Assembly (NCBI GenBank): GCA_951406725.2
Contig: OX597838.1
Location: forward strand, 39,246,001 to 39,310,000
Length of the DNA stretch: 64,000 nt
Source: Octopus vulgaris
Taxonomy: Eukaryota
Direction: 5' to 3'
Position 1 is the stretch's first letter; each line of letters begins with the position of its first letter. The notes under the pieces are model-generated. The model was not told the DNA's origin, ran no database searches, and worked only from the letters and a program-made list of their open reading frames with translations. The translations under genes and the position numbers were made by a program. Below are positions 52,500 through 64,000 of this stretch, in pieces.

Positions 52500-55070
52500 A
52501 AAAACCATCACACTAGAGAATAAGTCGGTCATAAATTTATCTAAACTAAAACTTTCGCCCGATGATGTCTCAGTGTTAGAGCTTGGACTGAGTTTTTGCC
52601 CAAGCACTAAGAATTTCGACAAGAATAAACTAGCTCAAGGGCTATTTCAGTTTGTCCGGCGTCACAAGCTGAAAGAATATTTTTTAAAAAGCTGGTAACG
52701 AGGAGTCAGAAAACCCTATGTTTACTAAAATTAAAAATGATGATTATTGAACCTGGCATAATTGGATTGAAAAGAATCTCAATTGGTATCCAGATAATGT
52801 TCGGGATGGACGTTCACTGACATTACTAGAATTCCGTGAATCTTGTCAGGCAAGCATTAGAGAAAGCCTTAAGTCAAGTGAAAAGGGTCCTGGAATAACC
52901 TCACAAATTTCCAACGTTATGCACTCCGACGTCCAGCTAATAACGATTCTATTGTTATTAACATGGCGGATAAGGGAAGCGCTATCGTAATTATGGACAC
53001 AAGTGAGTATATTTCGGATTTTGAAGGAGTTTTAAGTGACAAAACTTCATATGAAGCATTACCCGTCGATCCAAACCCCAATTACAGAGAGGAACTTGAC
53101 AAAATAATTCTGGAAATGGAGGAAAACAATTTCGTTAATAAGGCTGAATCTAAGATTTTAAGGTCAGAAAGAAGAACACCTGTATTTTATGGTCTCCCTA
53201 AAATACACAAAAAAGTTCGAAAGATGTCATCCAATGCGCTCAATTTGCAGCGGATATGAATGTTGCACGGCCAAAATTTCGGATTGGCTGGATGGCTTTC
53301 TACTCCCCGTCGCAAAACGATCAAGTTCATATATTCAGGATGCCTTTGATTTTGTATCTGAAATCAACAACTTTTTTTAAGCACCGAGACTGTATTGAGA
53401 ACTCTTTTTTGGTAACCATGGATGTTTCATCCTTACATCCTAATATTGACTACAATGAAAAGGTAGACGCATGCATGGATGCCTTCGAAGAGCGGTCAAA
53501 CAAAAGTGTTCCATCAAATTTTCTCTGTAGATTATTGAGGTTTGTGTTAGAAAGTAACACAATGAAGTTTAGTCAAAGATTTTACTACCAGACGAAGGGT
53601 TGCGCCATGGTCACCCCCATGGCAGTTAATTTCGCTAATGTCTTCATGACGAAATTCGAGACACAGTTACTGAAGATATTGAAATTCCTTCATGGTCATG
53701 AACCAATATTCTGGTTACGGTTCATTGACGACGTATTTTTTGTCTGGGAATGATCACAGGATAGTTTAATAGACTTCTTGCGTTTCTGTGACTGTTAAGC
53801 CCAACATAAAATTTACGTCTAGTTTTTCAAAGAGTAGCGTTGATTTTTTGAACCCAAAAGTTAAGTTTTCTGGAGGCAGAATAGTGACAGTTATTTTGCA
53901 AAGCCACGTCGTCCCACATTTATCTCCATCGCCGCTCCGATCATCCACATCATCTTATTCGGTCAAATCCGAAATCCCAATTTGTGAGGAAAAAGTGGAT
54001 TTGTACTGTCATAGGGGACTACTGGAAACATGCAAATGCTTTTGTATGCCATTATGTCAAACGCGGTTACAGTGAATCACGATTAAAGGAAATAGCAAAT
54101 GAAATAGCTAAGATTAGCAAAGATAGTAAATCTACAAGCATAATTTTAGCAAACACAATACAATGGATGACAGAATTCATTTAGCGATTAGCTGGAACCG
54201 ACATTTCGCTGACATTTCAAAAGTGTTGCATGAAAGTTACCAGCATGTGGCAAAAAAATATCCTCGTTTCAAACAGGTATTTCCTCAGCTGCCTATTGTA
54301 GCCTTTAGACGGAATAAGAATATTAGAGACTTATTGACCTCTATATCTGACTACAAGAAAATGAACATTGGAGTATCTGCACGCTGTACTTTAAAGAACA
54401 GTCGCAAGAGAGGTAAGCCCTGTTCATTGTGCAACAACATGATTGAAGTGAATTACATCAGAAATCATAACAGAAATGATATGATTTATACAGAGGGTGG
54501 AATATGTAAAGATTCCCATTTGGTGTACGCTGCAGAATGCACGAAACACAATTTATGTTTAATGGGCACAGATTCGACGCCAGGCGCAATAACTGTAGTT
54601 GGACAGAACTTGCTGACATTTCGTTTCAAGCGGCTACAATTTTGAAGAAGACTTTAAAGTGCATATTCTCAGAAAATAGTCTCAATCTGTTTCACTTTCA
54701 CTTCTCAGAATGTATGAGGAGAAATATGTTTGTGGGTTATTAACATCACGCCCTGGAGGAATGAATAAGATGACAGGAGAATATCATCAAATTTATACAA
54801 AACTGTTTGATTAAATATTCTTCTTTCTCTCTTTTTCTTTCCTTTTTTCTTTCGTCTTCTTTTTTCTGGTTTTTTCTGTCTTTTTCTTTTCGCCTGTTAT
54901 AAAATTGTAACTTAAAATCTGATGATGTCATTCAATCAACGCGTGTAAGCTGGTTGCTCGCGTTCATACTTTACGCTTAAATTTCTGTAATTTTGAATTT
55001 TTATCACTTCTTATTTTGAACTTGACAAAGGCAGATATACTGTTGAAATATCGTTCGACTAATAAAATAC
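52500..55070 (+). mobile_element. Degenerate Penelope-like element (RT, Cys linker, GIY-YIG remnant, 3' hammerhead)
   Basis: VINLS..VLELGLSFCP, ADKGSAIV, FYGLPKIHK, MDVSSLHPNI, GCAM, RFIDDVF, AFRRNKNIRD, C..CSLC and LVYAAEC. Confidence 0.85.
55016..55058 (+). ncRNA. Degenerate minimal hammerhead ribozyme at the PLE 3' end
   Basis: ttgaac-TTGACAA-a-ggcag-atata-ctgtt-GAAA-ta-TC-gttcga. All stems pair, with two core substitutions. Confidence 0.5.
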
Positions 55071-55140
55071 CTTACAATCGAATCGCGCTCTTCGTCTTGA
55101 CTGTTTACCTTTGGGAAGAGTTACGTCAATCCTTTTAAAA

Positions 55141-55364
<224 letters not shown>

Positions 55365-55392
55365 GTAATAATAATAATAATAATAATAATAG

Positions 55393-55815
55393 GATATAAA
55401 CGTATCTGTCAAGACCTACCAAAAACTGAGCAAATATAACGATCTTGAAATAGAAATCAGCAAAATGTGGAACCTGAAGACTAAAACAATACCTGTTGTC
55501 ATAAGTGCCCTGGGAATGATTGCTACCTAACTCAGATACCAGGAAATCCAAAATTGGCAGAAATTCAAAAGATAGTGCTCATGGGAACTGCTCATATCCT
55601 ACGCAAAATACTTTCTATGTAATCTCAAGGTTTAAAACAAACATAATTTTCGTTTTTTTTTTGGACATTCACTAGTACAACACCCCCACAAAAAAAATCA
55701 AATATATGGCACACTAGGCATAACAACAACATGAACTTCCAACCTGTTGTCTCTTGAGGTCTCTGGGTGAGACCTGGAGCCAACTTGTACAAATATAAAG
55801 CAAAAGTCAAATATA

Positions 55816-55816
<1 letters not shown>
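55393..55816 (+). mobile_element. R4/Dong-like 3' fragment flanked by (TAA)n on both sides
   Basis: Near-identical to 29815-30065, with (TAA)n at 55143-55391 and 55817-55880. Confidence 0.8.
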
Positions 55817-55884
<68 letters not shown>

Positions 55885-56031
55885 CAACAACAACAACAAC
55901 AATAATAATAATAATAATAATAATAACAATAAGAAGAAGAAGAAGAAGAAAAAGAAGAAGAAGAAGAAGAAGAAGAATGGTAACATCAAAAAACACCTTA
56001 GGAATGAGAACCCATGTTCGAAATTTTCCTC

Positions 56032-56078
56032 AGACACCTGATGAAGGCTGGAGGGTATATCAGTCGAAACGTTGTGTT
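56032..56078 (+). ncRNA. Minimal type I hammerhead ribozyme with an intact core in a short repeat
   Basis: gacac-CTGATGA-a-ggctgg-agggtata-tcagtc-GAAAC-GTT-gtgtt; loopless palindromic stem III (AACGTT). Confidence 0.65.
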
Positions 56079-57544
56079 AACAACAAACAAGATGATGACA
56101 AATATCCATCAATTGTAAATAACGTAAATAATGTCACTGCTCTATCTGATGAAGAATGTCACAGGTACCTTGGGGTATATGAAAACATATCTAATGATGG
56201 TTGTATAACAGGGAACGCGTAACTAAAACATTTAACAGACGGACAAGAAAATATGAATCTCAGAACCATCTGCATACGTTAAATTAATGAACCACAATGT
56301 ATTTGCAATACCAATATAGTATGCATTCCAGCATTTCGGCCACTTGGTTGAATGTTTTATAAGATCGGAACCCTTGATCTGAAAGCCTGAAAGATATTGA
56401 CTAGTACAAAAGTGTCTACATCAACAATGCCGTAGACTGCCTCTACCTAAAAGGAAAACAAGATTAATGTCGACCTAAATAAGACAGGATTGTCGTTCAA
56501 AGCAGCAGCAAAAAAAAAAAACAAAAACACTTTAATAAAGCTCAATATCCATAGAAATATGGAGAAAATATTCCTTTAGCTATAGGCACTAGGACTGAAA
56601 AAGGAGCTGGGAAAATATTGCAGAGAAAAAATACTTCCTCCACTACAAATATCATGCTTTAAGTGGTTACATAGTTTTATCTTGGTTGATTGGTTATTTG
56701 CTTGCTTGGTAGATATAGACTTATCATGCCGTTGTTATCGTAATATTCAAAGGTGGTGCTTTGAGAGGTTAGCAGGGAATTTTACATGTAACAGCAAAGA
56801 ATATCCCTCAATGGTTCGTCACACCACGATGGAATGGGTAGTAAATGCATGTTATTCAGCTACACACAGACATCTTCAATATTTTACTTGTTTCATTCAT
56901 TTTAGCTGCGGCCATATTGTGGCACCGCCTTGAAGAATTTTAGTCGAGCGTATCGATACCAGTCCTCATTGTTTAAGCCTATCTATTTTGCCGAACCGCT
57001 AATTCATGGGGACGTATACACACCAACACCGGTAGTCGTGCGTTGTGGTTGGGAAAACACAGATACGGGAAACAAACACACACAGATACACATACACTCG
57101 CACATACACACACACATATACACACACATACAAACGACGGGCTTCGTTCAGGTTCTGCCGATCAAATCCACTCAAGGATTTGGTCGGCTCGAAGTTGTAG
57201 AAGAAGACACTTGCGCAAGGTGCCATGCAGTAGGACTGAACCCGGAACCATGTGATTTGGAAGCAAGCTTCTTCCTACACAGCCACACATATGTTATATC
57301 CTGATATCCAGAACGACACCCGTCCATCTGAATGTTCGAGCAAAATTGAACTGAGTCTCCGCCAACAATTACATGTCCCTCCACAACACCAAGATGTCCC
57401 TCACTCGATCAATGCAACCATCATCACGAATACCACCACTACGACCACCACCACGACCACCACCACGACCACCACCACGACCCACCACCTCCTCTATTAC
57501 TATCACCACCGCCAACAACAATAACAAAAATAACAAATACTTAC

Positions 57545-57771
57545 ATTTTATAGTATTGTGTTTTGGCCGTGGTTATGGGTTTACTGAATATTCTCCACAG
57601 ATCATTGCGGTGCTTCCAGCCAACATTACAGAAATCATTGTCTGTATAACATTTTTGTTGTATGGCCATTACAAGATTGTTAGCTTCTTTACAATCGATT
57701 GACGGACGTTGGTAGATTTTTGTTGCCTCTTTCACAAAACATTTTGTGATACTATTTATCCAGATCTTACC
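57545..57771 (-). CDS. Stanniocalcin-like gene R, coding exon B
   Basis: cacAG acceptor and GTaagt donor, 227 bp. Translates to GKIWINSITKCFVKEATKIYQRPSIDCKEANNLVMAIQQKCYTDNDFCNVGWKHRNDLWRIFSKPITTAKTQYYK. Confidence 0.87.
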
Positions 57772-58933
57772 CTGTGAATATTAGACAGTGATTAGTGAAT
57801 GCAAAAATTGACTTTTGGGGGATTGTTTATTTATTTATTTATTTGGGGGGAGTGAATAGTAATTCTATCTACTTTTAACAAAAGAGCAGTAATTTTGAGA
57901 GGAATGGAGGCCAAGTAGATAACAAAGATCCCAATTCTTTGTCTCTCTAATCTGGCGGAGTAAGGAATAGATAAGTTAATGATGGCGCGTAGAAGGAAGG
58001 GTAAAAAAAAACCTTCGGTCATGAATGACCATGGGTCTGCACTTAGAAAGTTGCCCCCCCCCCAAAGCACAAGAATGGGCAGGGTTGTTTATGGAAGATA
58101 AGCAGTCAGCTATGCATACCTGCCTCCTTTTTCCATGCCAAAGGAAAAGCCGATACAGCTTGGCACCACTGAGGTCGCAACTCATTTCTACAGCTGAGTG
58201 AACTGTAGGAACGTGAAATAAAGGGTCTTGCACAAGAACACAACACACGCCTCGGTCCGGGAGTCGAACTCACTACCTCATGCTTGTGAGCCCGACGCTC
58301 TAACCACTGTGCTATGCACCTTCACATACGATAATGTATAGATTATAAAAAATAGTGAAGGGATGAAAGGAAAAACAGAGACACTCGGTCAGTGCATAAT
58401 GCCTGACTTATAAAAACGTTATAAATCTAAGTAACGAGGAATGATGGGTTTATGGTAGCAGTGAAATGTACCATAACAAAGAAGGTGATGCGGGTATTTT
58501 GAAAGTACCTCTCAGAGTGACGGCCGTGTCCTGAATGGTTAGGGTTGCCAGCTACTTGTTAAATAAAAGATAATTTGATTGTCAACATACTTAATGTATG
58601 GAATATTAGAAAACTGAAGTAGAATTACGTATTTATTGAGTAAAACAAAAATAATAATAGTCGTTTCTATTACAGGCGCAAAGCCTGAAATATTGGGGGA
58701 GAAAACTAGCCGATTACATCGACCCCAATGATTAGCTGGAATTTATTTTATCCACTCTGAAAGGATGAAAGGCAAAGTCGACCTCGGCGGAATTTGAGCT
58801 CAGCATTTTGCCCGGCGTATTAACGATTTGGCCAGCTCATCGCCTTAACAAACTAATAATACTACTACTTCTACTACTACTACTACTACTACTACTAATA
58901 ATAATAATATTAATAATGATAATAATAATAATG

Positions 58934-59003
<70 letters not shown>

Positions 59004-59028
59004 TAATAATAAAAATAATAGTAATAAA

Positions 59029-59790
59029 AGCCCCTTCATGGTAAATACTGGACTAAACTAATGATAATAAATTAGACAAAGAAAAATCCCAGCAATGGTT
59101 GAGAAGCTCAGGACTCAAAGCAGAAACAGAGGGATTTTTAATTGCAGCACAAGACCAAAGCCTCCCCACCAGAAATTACCAAAAACATGTAATGAAAAGA
59201 AATATTACAAGTAACTGCAGAATATGTGGAGATGGACAAGAAACAATAAATCATATTATCTCTAGCTGCCCAGTCCTGGCTAAGAAGGAATATATTCACA
59301 GACATGACAGAGTTGGAACTTACATACATTGGAATTATGCCAACATTATGGAATAACAACAGAAAAAAGATGGTATAGGCACACACCAGAAAAGGTCACA
59401 GAAAACGAGAAAGCAACCATACTCTGGGATATGCCGATACACACAGATAGAGAAATTAAGGCCAACAGACCAGATATAGTTGTCAGAGACCATGAAGAAA
59501 AAAAATGCTTTCTAATTGATGTATCAGTACCGGCAGATGACAACGTGTCTCTAAAAGAAATGGAGAAACTCTCAAAATACAAAGACCTGGAAATAGAGGT
59601 AACTAGAATGTGGAATCTGAAAACAGAAACAATTCCTATCATAGTAGGTGCATTAGGCATGATAAAAAAATATTCAGACAAATACATAACAAAAACACCA
59701 GGACTTACAAACACATATAACATACAGAAAATTGCACTACTAGGCACTGCACACATCCTACGCAGAACACTTTCCATACAATAACCATCA
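59029..59790 (+). mobile_element. R4/Dong-like 3' fragment (CCHC plus RLE) after (TAA)n
   Basis: ORFs 59099..59356 and 59329..59784; same family as 22549-23260 in inverted orientation. Confidence 0.88.
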
Positions 59791-60127
59791 GAGATGCACA
59801 TATCGTCAGTCACTAAGAGACATACTCAACTGATTAAGGTCAAACAACTGACATAAAAATAAAACTACTGAATAATAATAATAATAATAATAAAAATAAT
59901 AGTAATAATAATAATAAAAATAATAATAATGATAATAATATTAATAATAATAATAATCCTTTCTACTATAAACACAAACCCTGAAATTATGGGACTTGAC
60001 TGGTACTTAATTTATCGACCCCGAAACGATGAATGGCAAAATCAACCTCGGTGGAATTTGAACTCAGGACGTGAAGATGGGCGAAATACCGCTTAAAATT
60101 TTGCACGGGATGCTAACGATTCGCCAC

Positions 60128-60183
<56 letters not shown>

Positions 60184-60184
<1 letters not shown>

Positions 60185-60730
60185 TGAGTGAGAGAGCTGT
60201 GCATGCCATCAAAGTGACACCGGGGTAAAATATACGAAGCCCAATATACCCATCATGGCTACCCGTCTGATAAGGGTACACAAGGCACATGCATCACAAC
60301 CATATGTGCGCGACATGGTGATCTCATATCAAGATAAACAGCATATGACCTTGCAGGTGGGGCCCAGTTAGAATTTTCTTCAGGTTGAGTAGCCCATCCC
60401 GCTCAAACGGTCCCTGAACAAGGGTTGTTTAAGGATGTTGAAAGAACCACCCATGTTTCCAGAGGTGAATTATTCAAACCCCAAAGAATCCCTCTCAACA
60501 CATGGCTATGATGCTCTCCCACTACTTCTGCTCGTGATCAGAGATGCACATATCGTCAGCCACTAAGGGACATGCTCAACTGGTTAAGGTCAAACAACTG
60601 ACAAGCAAGTCTGTGGTATTGAGCAGAATATTTGCTATAGCCCATCTTTTATACCAAGACAAAATAATGTACATGATAACACTTCCAATCAGTTAAGATC
60701 AGAAGCCACGAGAGCCACTGCCTGGTTCTA
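60184..60730 (+). mobile_element. Non-autonomous repeat between (TTA)n tracts
   Basis: Same family as 28125-28580. Confidence 0.7.
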
Positions 60731-60790
60731 CATCAGGTCTATTATTATTATTATAATTATAATTATTATTAATATTATTATTATTATCAA

Positions 60791-60877
<87 letters not shown>

Positions 60878-61264
60878 CATCATCATTATTATTATTATTA
60901 TTGTTGTTGTTGTTGTTGTTATTATTATTATTATTATTATTATTTTTAGTGGTAGTAGTAGAAGTAATACTTCGTTTTTGGATTTGGTTTGCAAGATTCT
61001 TTATGTGAGTTCGTGTGTTGAAGCATATTATGTTGTGTATGGAGAGGTTCATTCTCTTTTAGTGCCTTATAATTTAACACACTCACCGGGAGACGTTCCA
61101 CTTATTTCCTTTTTATTTTTCTAAAATTTTTGTTTCCTGTTGCAACCTTTTCAGTAGCTGTTGACTCTGTCCGTTATTCACACTGTGTTCTTTTTGTTCG
61201 TTCGTGCGCATGTGTGTGGGTCAGAGTTTGAATTCCTTGGAGCCTTCGGGTGTAATTCCACATA

Positions 61265-61651
61265 TCTTTATATATAAAAGAGAAGTTGTGTGTCTGTCTC
61301 CTACGATTTAGATTCCTAACTACTCCCACATTTTGCAGTGCAGTTTAACCAAAATCGGGTATCTTATAGTCGTGATTTATATCGGGCCCTTCTGGGTATT
61401 AGCGCGCGTCTACGATGAGTAAAAAAATACATTACCATCATTTTTTTCCATTTTAATGCATTTTTTCGCTATTATATAAGGGAAGTAACTCTCTAAAAAT
61501 GTCTACGATGAGTCAACGATTTAAAAAAATTTACCATAATTTTTTTCCCATTTTAATGCATTTTTTTGGTTTTTCTTGGCTATAACTCTCTAAAAATGCT
61601 TATATTGTTATTTCCCTTAGAAACCCGAGCGACGCCGGGCGATACTGCTAG
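61265..61651 (+). mobile_element. Non-autonomous Helitron-like element
   Basis: 5' TCtttatatataaaag..tgtctgtct; 3' cccgagcgacgccggg..gCTAGt. Confidence 0.7.
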
Positions 61652-61654
61652 TTC

Positions 61655-62066
61655 TTACTCTTAAAGTAGTTAACCCTGTTATGCTGATAAGGAATTCCAC
61701 CGATGTTATGCAACGGTTCACACATTGTTATCACAAAATTATTTCCCAATGTCATTGAAGCAACGATTATGACCTTCTGTGGTAAAGGTCAAAACGTCTT
61801 CATACCGCGAATTCCGCTTGAACCTTCGGCTGCTGACTCACCGTTCACATTCCGCAGAGTGCAGTTTCCGATTAGACTCAGTTACGTCATATCCATTAAT
61901 AAGTCCCAGGTCAGTCGCAGTCTGTCGTTGAACTTTACTTAGACGAACCAGGCTTTTCACACGGCTAACTGTACGCTGGCTGCTCAAGAGTGGGTAGTAG
62001 GAACAGTTTACATACCTTCATCCCCCAGAGGAAAACTAAAAATGCAGTTTATACGGAAGTTTTGTA
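61655..62066 (+). mobile_element. Helitron PIF1-like helicase C-terminal fragment
   Basis: PVMLIRN..LCNGS..FIPRI..FRRVQFPIRLSYVISINKSQ..FSHG*LY..CSRV..TKNAVYTEVL*. Confidence 0.85.
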
Positions 62067-62344
62067 GACTTGCCGTACTGGCGCCATATTCCAGTATTAT
62101 TATTATTATAGTGCAGCAATTCCTCCTTTCGTCACCCCTCCGCCATCCTCGATCTATCTCTCTTGGCTGTTTTTTTAATTATTTTTTCTTTTGGTCTCGG
62201 ATCGCTCTGCTTTTGCTGGTTCGAGCCTTCCATTTTCCTTTTGTTTGTTATTTTTCTTTCAGTTTCTCTCTCTCTTTCTTCCTCCTCACCGTCTGATTCT
62301 TCTTCATCTTCTTTACAATATTTTTAATGTGACCCAGTTGGCCA

Positions 62345-63336
62345 CACTGGAAACATCGAGGCTTACGCCCCTCAACAAAAATATTTAGAACCTCCTCCCC
62401 TATTTCTACGATTTCTGGGAGCTGTTGTAAAATATTTTGGTCAGCTTGCAGTATGAGGTTGAGCGTTTGACCAGTCTAATACGTATTCTCTGTGACGGTA
62501 GCCTGCAGGAGGTTAATATTATCTTCTCCGTTTGTCAGGACTGCCGCCATCAAGCACATAGGGTTTAATCCAGGTGGAATTCTTTGTGTTCTCACCTTTG
62601 ATGTTCTCATTCCCATGTAAATTGGGATTAACTTTGTGTCTTCCGACTCTAAAGATTTTACAGAGTGTTGTTGTGCCGTTTCTGCGTTCTTGAACCTCAC
62701 CACGATATTTCCAAACTTCTTCCCTCTGGCTAGATATGTAATGTCCTGCCAGATGGGTTTTAAACATTTTTCAATTTTTTTTACTCACATATCTTGTAAA
62801 TTCTACGAGCTTTTATGCAGAATGTCTTAAAAAATAATAATTTTTCTGTTTTTCCTCCGTTAATTCTTCTCCTGGTATTTCCACTTTTACCACTCCATCT
62901 CATTCTGTTATCATTTCCTTGTATTTTGATAATTCTTTTTTGTCAGTTGACAGCTGTCGCGTTCCACTACCAGCTGCTGACGTAAAACTTTTTCTTTCTT
63001 CATTTTCAATGGTCTTTGCTTCTATATTTCTTTTGGTATCCGTAACTTTTGTTAGTGCAGGGAATTCATTTTCCGAAACATCAGAAATGTTACCACAAAT
63101 TAAACTTGCTATCTTCCTTGCTCCCCGCTCGGTCGATGAATCTTCACCCGAAGAAGACACACTTTAGGCATCTTGCCGGCAATTTATGTATTCCTCTACA
63201 GGGAAAAACCACAGATAGCTTTCGAAAGAAAATTATAATACAATTTTTAAACAATAAGTCCAACAATAGGCACAACAAGAGAGACAACAATTAACAGAAA
63301 CTTACGAACACACTCCACCAATAAATTTTCGATAAA
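62345..63336 (-). mobile_element. 5' fragment (5' UTR plus ORF1) of a Tx1-like LINE
   Basis: TDKKELSKYKE, VRFKNAETA and LLQATV resemble ORF1 of copy D (TDKSNLEKYE, ILQATV). Confidence 0.7.
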
Positions 63337-63594
63337 AGACAGACGAAATGCCGCAAAGCATTTCGTTCGGCGTGCTAAAGTATCTGCCAGCTTGCCGCCT
63401 TACGATATAATAATGATAATAAAACATGACATCCTCCTTCCTCTTAACTCTCTCTTCATGCTCTCACCCTATCTCTCCTCCTCACACTTTCACTTTCCCT
63501 ATTCCTGTCTCTCTCTCTCTCCCTCTCTCGCTCTCTCTCTCTCTCTCTCTCTTACTATTTCCCATGCACGATTCAAATCAGAAGTTTGACCTAC

Positions 63595-63752
63595 CACTTC
63601 AGTCAATTTATTTACTCTTTCGTTGATTTTCACACAATGAGCACGCGATTGACCCCTTTGCACACCGTGTCCACAGGGAAATCTTTCTTCTAAGCATTCA
63701 TAGAACCTGCAGTCCAAATCCTTACTGTATTGCAGGCATTCCTTAGTGACAG
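63595..63752 (-). CDS. Stanniocalcin-like gene R, coding exon A (upstream exon lies beyond the window)
   Basis: ttttcAG acceptor and GTaggt donor, 158 bp. Translates to VTKECLQYSKDLDCRFYECLEERFPCGHGVQRGQSRAHCVKINERVNKLTEV. Confidence 0.85.
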
Positions 63753-64000
63753 CTGAAAAATGGAGAAAAGAAAAAAGTAGGATGTTGTTATTGTTGTTAT
63801 TGTTGTATTAGAGGTTACTTCTAAAGCGGCGCTGATCAAACAGACAGGGTGTTCGGGGTAAATTTGACAATTTTTATGTCTTCTGTTTTCCATGAACAAC
63901 TTAATGTAGCAGTGAACAGTCAACGGTGTTGGTGAGCATGTTGAGAAAAAGTTTACTGATATGGAGGACTGGAAGCCATTTGAACATTAGAGAAGAGTTC

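Noticed and set aside
56146-56180. CTGATGA motifs here and at 37822 and 54919
   Set aside because: No properly placed GAAA or stems; 56146 is RT coding remnant (LSDEECHRYLG).

Overview
Repeat-saturated eukaryotic DNA, most likely cephalopod (Octopus-type SINEs, dense TA/TAA/TATC microsatellites). Most ORFs in the track are microsatellite artefacts or transposon fragments. The mobile content is Tx1/L1-clade LINEs (three in tandem in a (TATC)n tract, plus one full-length copy with an intact 1131-aa ORF2 and a 16-bp TSD), R4/Dong-like RLE retroelements, several Penelope-like elements (PLEs), Helitron and Tc1/mariner remnants, and SINEs. Hidden among them, and missed by the ORF track, is a large inverted duplication (about 21.9-34.0 kb vs 48.3-64.0+ kb). 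Each arm carries a spliced gene with three identifiable coding exons encoding a 10-cysteine stanniocalcin-like protein. The two genes converge, keep open frames and GT-AG sites, and differ at about 35% of residues in two exons while some intron tracts are almost identical. I also read about 10 minimal type I hammerhead-ribozyme motifs (intact to degenerate) and a PLE preceded by a Ulp1-like protease domain. All alignments were done by eye with no database search.
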